From contig NW_004797388.1 of NCBI RefSeq assembly GCF_000002075.1, forward strand, positions 966,448 through 1,030,447: DNA of 64,000 nt. The letters are read 5' to 3'. How positions within the stretch are numbered: position 1 is the stretch's first letter; every line of letters starts with the position of its first letter. The notes beneath the pieces were generated by a model that was not told the origin of the DNA, made no database searches, and was given only the letters and a program-made list of their open reading frames with translations. Position numbers and translations under genes: made by a program. Shown here piece by piece: positions 63,152 to 64,000 of the stretch. This DNA is from Aplysia californica. Its lineage: Eukaryota.

Positions 63152-64000
63152 GGTTTGGCAAGACACGAGCCATTGAAAACTCAAGGTGAATAAACGCTTT
63201 GAAAGTGGGGCTAGAAAACGCAAACGGCAAAACTAACAAAATACGCACTAAAGTTTAAAGCCAATAACATCCTTTGGTTTTGTTCAGTCAGACAGTTACA
63301 GTAGTAATACATCAGATTATGCGAACCGTCTGGAAGTGAAGCACTGCCTTCTCAAATACAGACTACAACCTGTCAGAATTCTCCTGACAAAATACGTCTT
63401 TTGCCTGCAAGCAGCCATGTTTCAGCTGAAGATACTGAGAGAGAGAGAGAGGTGACAGAAGTACTAGGTCTAACTTTAGAGAAAAACGAAGATGCAGAGA
63501 TCACAGAAACAAATACAGAGACTGATTACCGAGGTGATTATTGAGATAACGATGATGTAGGGACATGGACATCTGCACTAAATGACCAGGAATTGTCTTT
63601 TTGGATTGATAAAGGTCCGTCGAAATGCCAACACAGTGAGGGACCTTTTACAAATTCTAAAAGAATCTATAAAAGCCAAACCAGACTGTGCTCAAAGAGT
63701 CTATTTACTGCTACAAAAGTGAACGGAGAAACATAAACAGAGAATGGCTTGTGTACTCTCCAAAACAAAGGAAACTATACTGCTTTGTGTGTAAATTATT
63801 CTCACGTACTGCAACATCCACGCTACCAGGTTTGGCCTCAACTGGATTTGATGATTGGTCTCACCCCCAAGCTATTGAAACTCATGAAAAATCACCAAGT
63901 CATATGAATTTTATGTTAACATACCTAACAAGAAAGTGTGGCAACACGTTCACTTCAGAACTTGCGGAGCAAATTCGAGCAGAACAAGATTACTGAAAAA
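63152..64000 (+). pseudogene. hAT (ZMYM1/ZnF_TTF-type) transposase 5' region, degraded, continues beyond window
   Basis: Splice acceptor CTAACAG, KRFESGARKRKR, REWLVYSPKQRKLYCFVCKLF..GFDDW..HEKSPSH. Stops and frameshifts present. Confidence 0.85.

Overview
Eukaryotic (animal) genomic DNA from a draft assembly with about 12 N gaps. I found no intact host gene and no prokaryotic features. The window is a dense, nested graveyard of transposable elements (TEs). Degraded transposases: two THAP9/P-element type, three pogo/Tigger-type (DDE_1), one Mutator (MULE)-SWIM, one hAT (ZnF_TTF) and one Helitron fragment. It also holds fragments of three LINE types, tRNA-derived SINE-like units, and about a dozen non-autonomous terminal-inverted-repeat (TIR) elements whose ends and target-site duplications (TSDs) can be read directly. 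Abundant (AGATCT)n, TAGGCCTA and TACATGTA palindromes plus the SINE/LINE types suggest a gastropod mollusc (inference only). The most striking higher-order feature is orientation. Nearly all coding TE remnants between about 14 and 49 kb lie on the minus strand, including elements nested inside each other, while those after about 50.9 kb lie on the plus strand. This is consistent with a piRNA-cluster-like transposon trap but is untested. All family assignments come from motif recognition by eye, not database searches.
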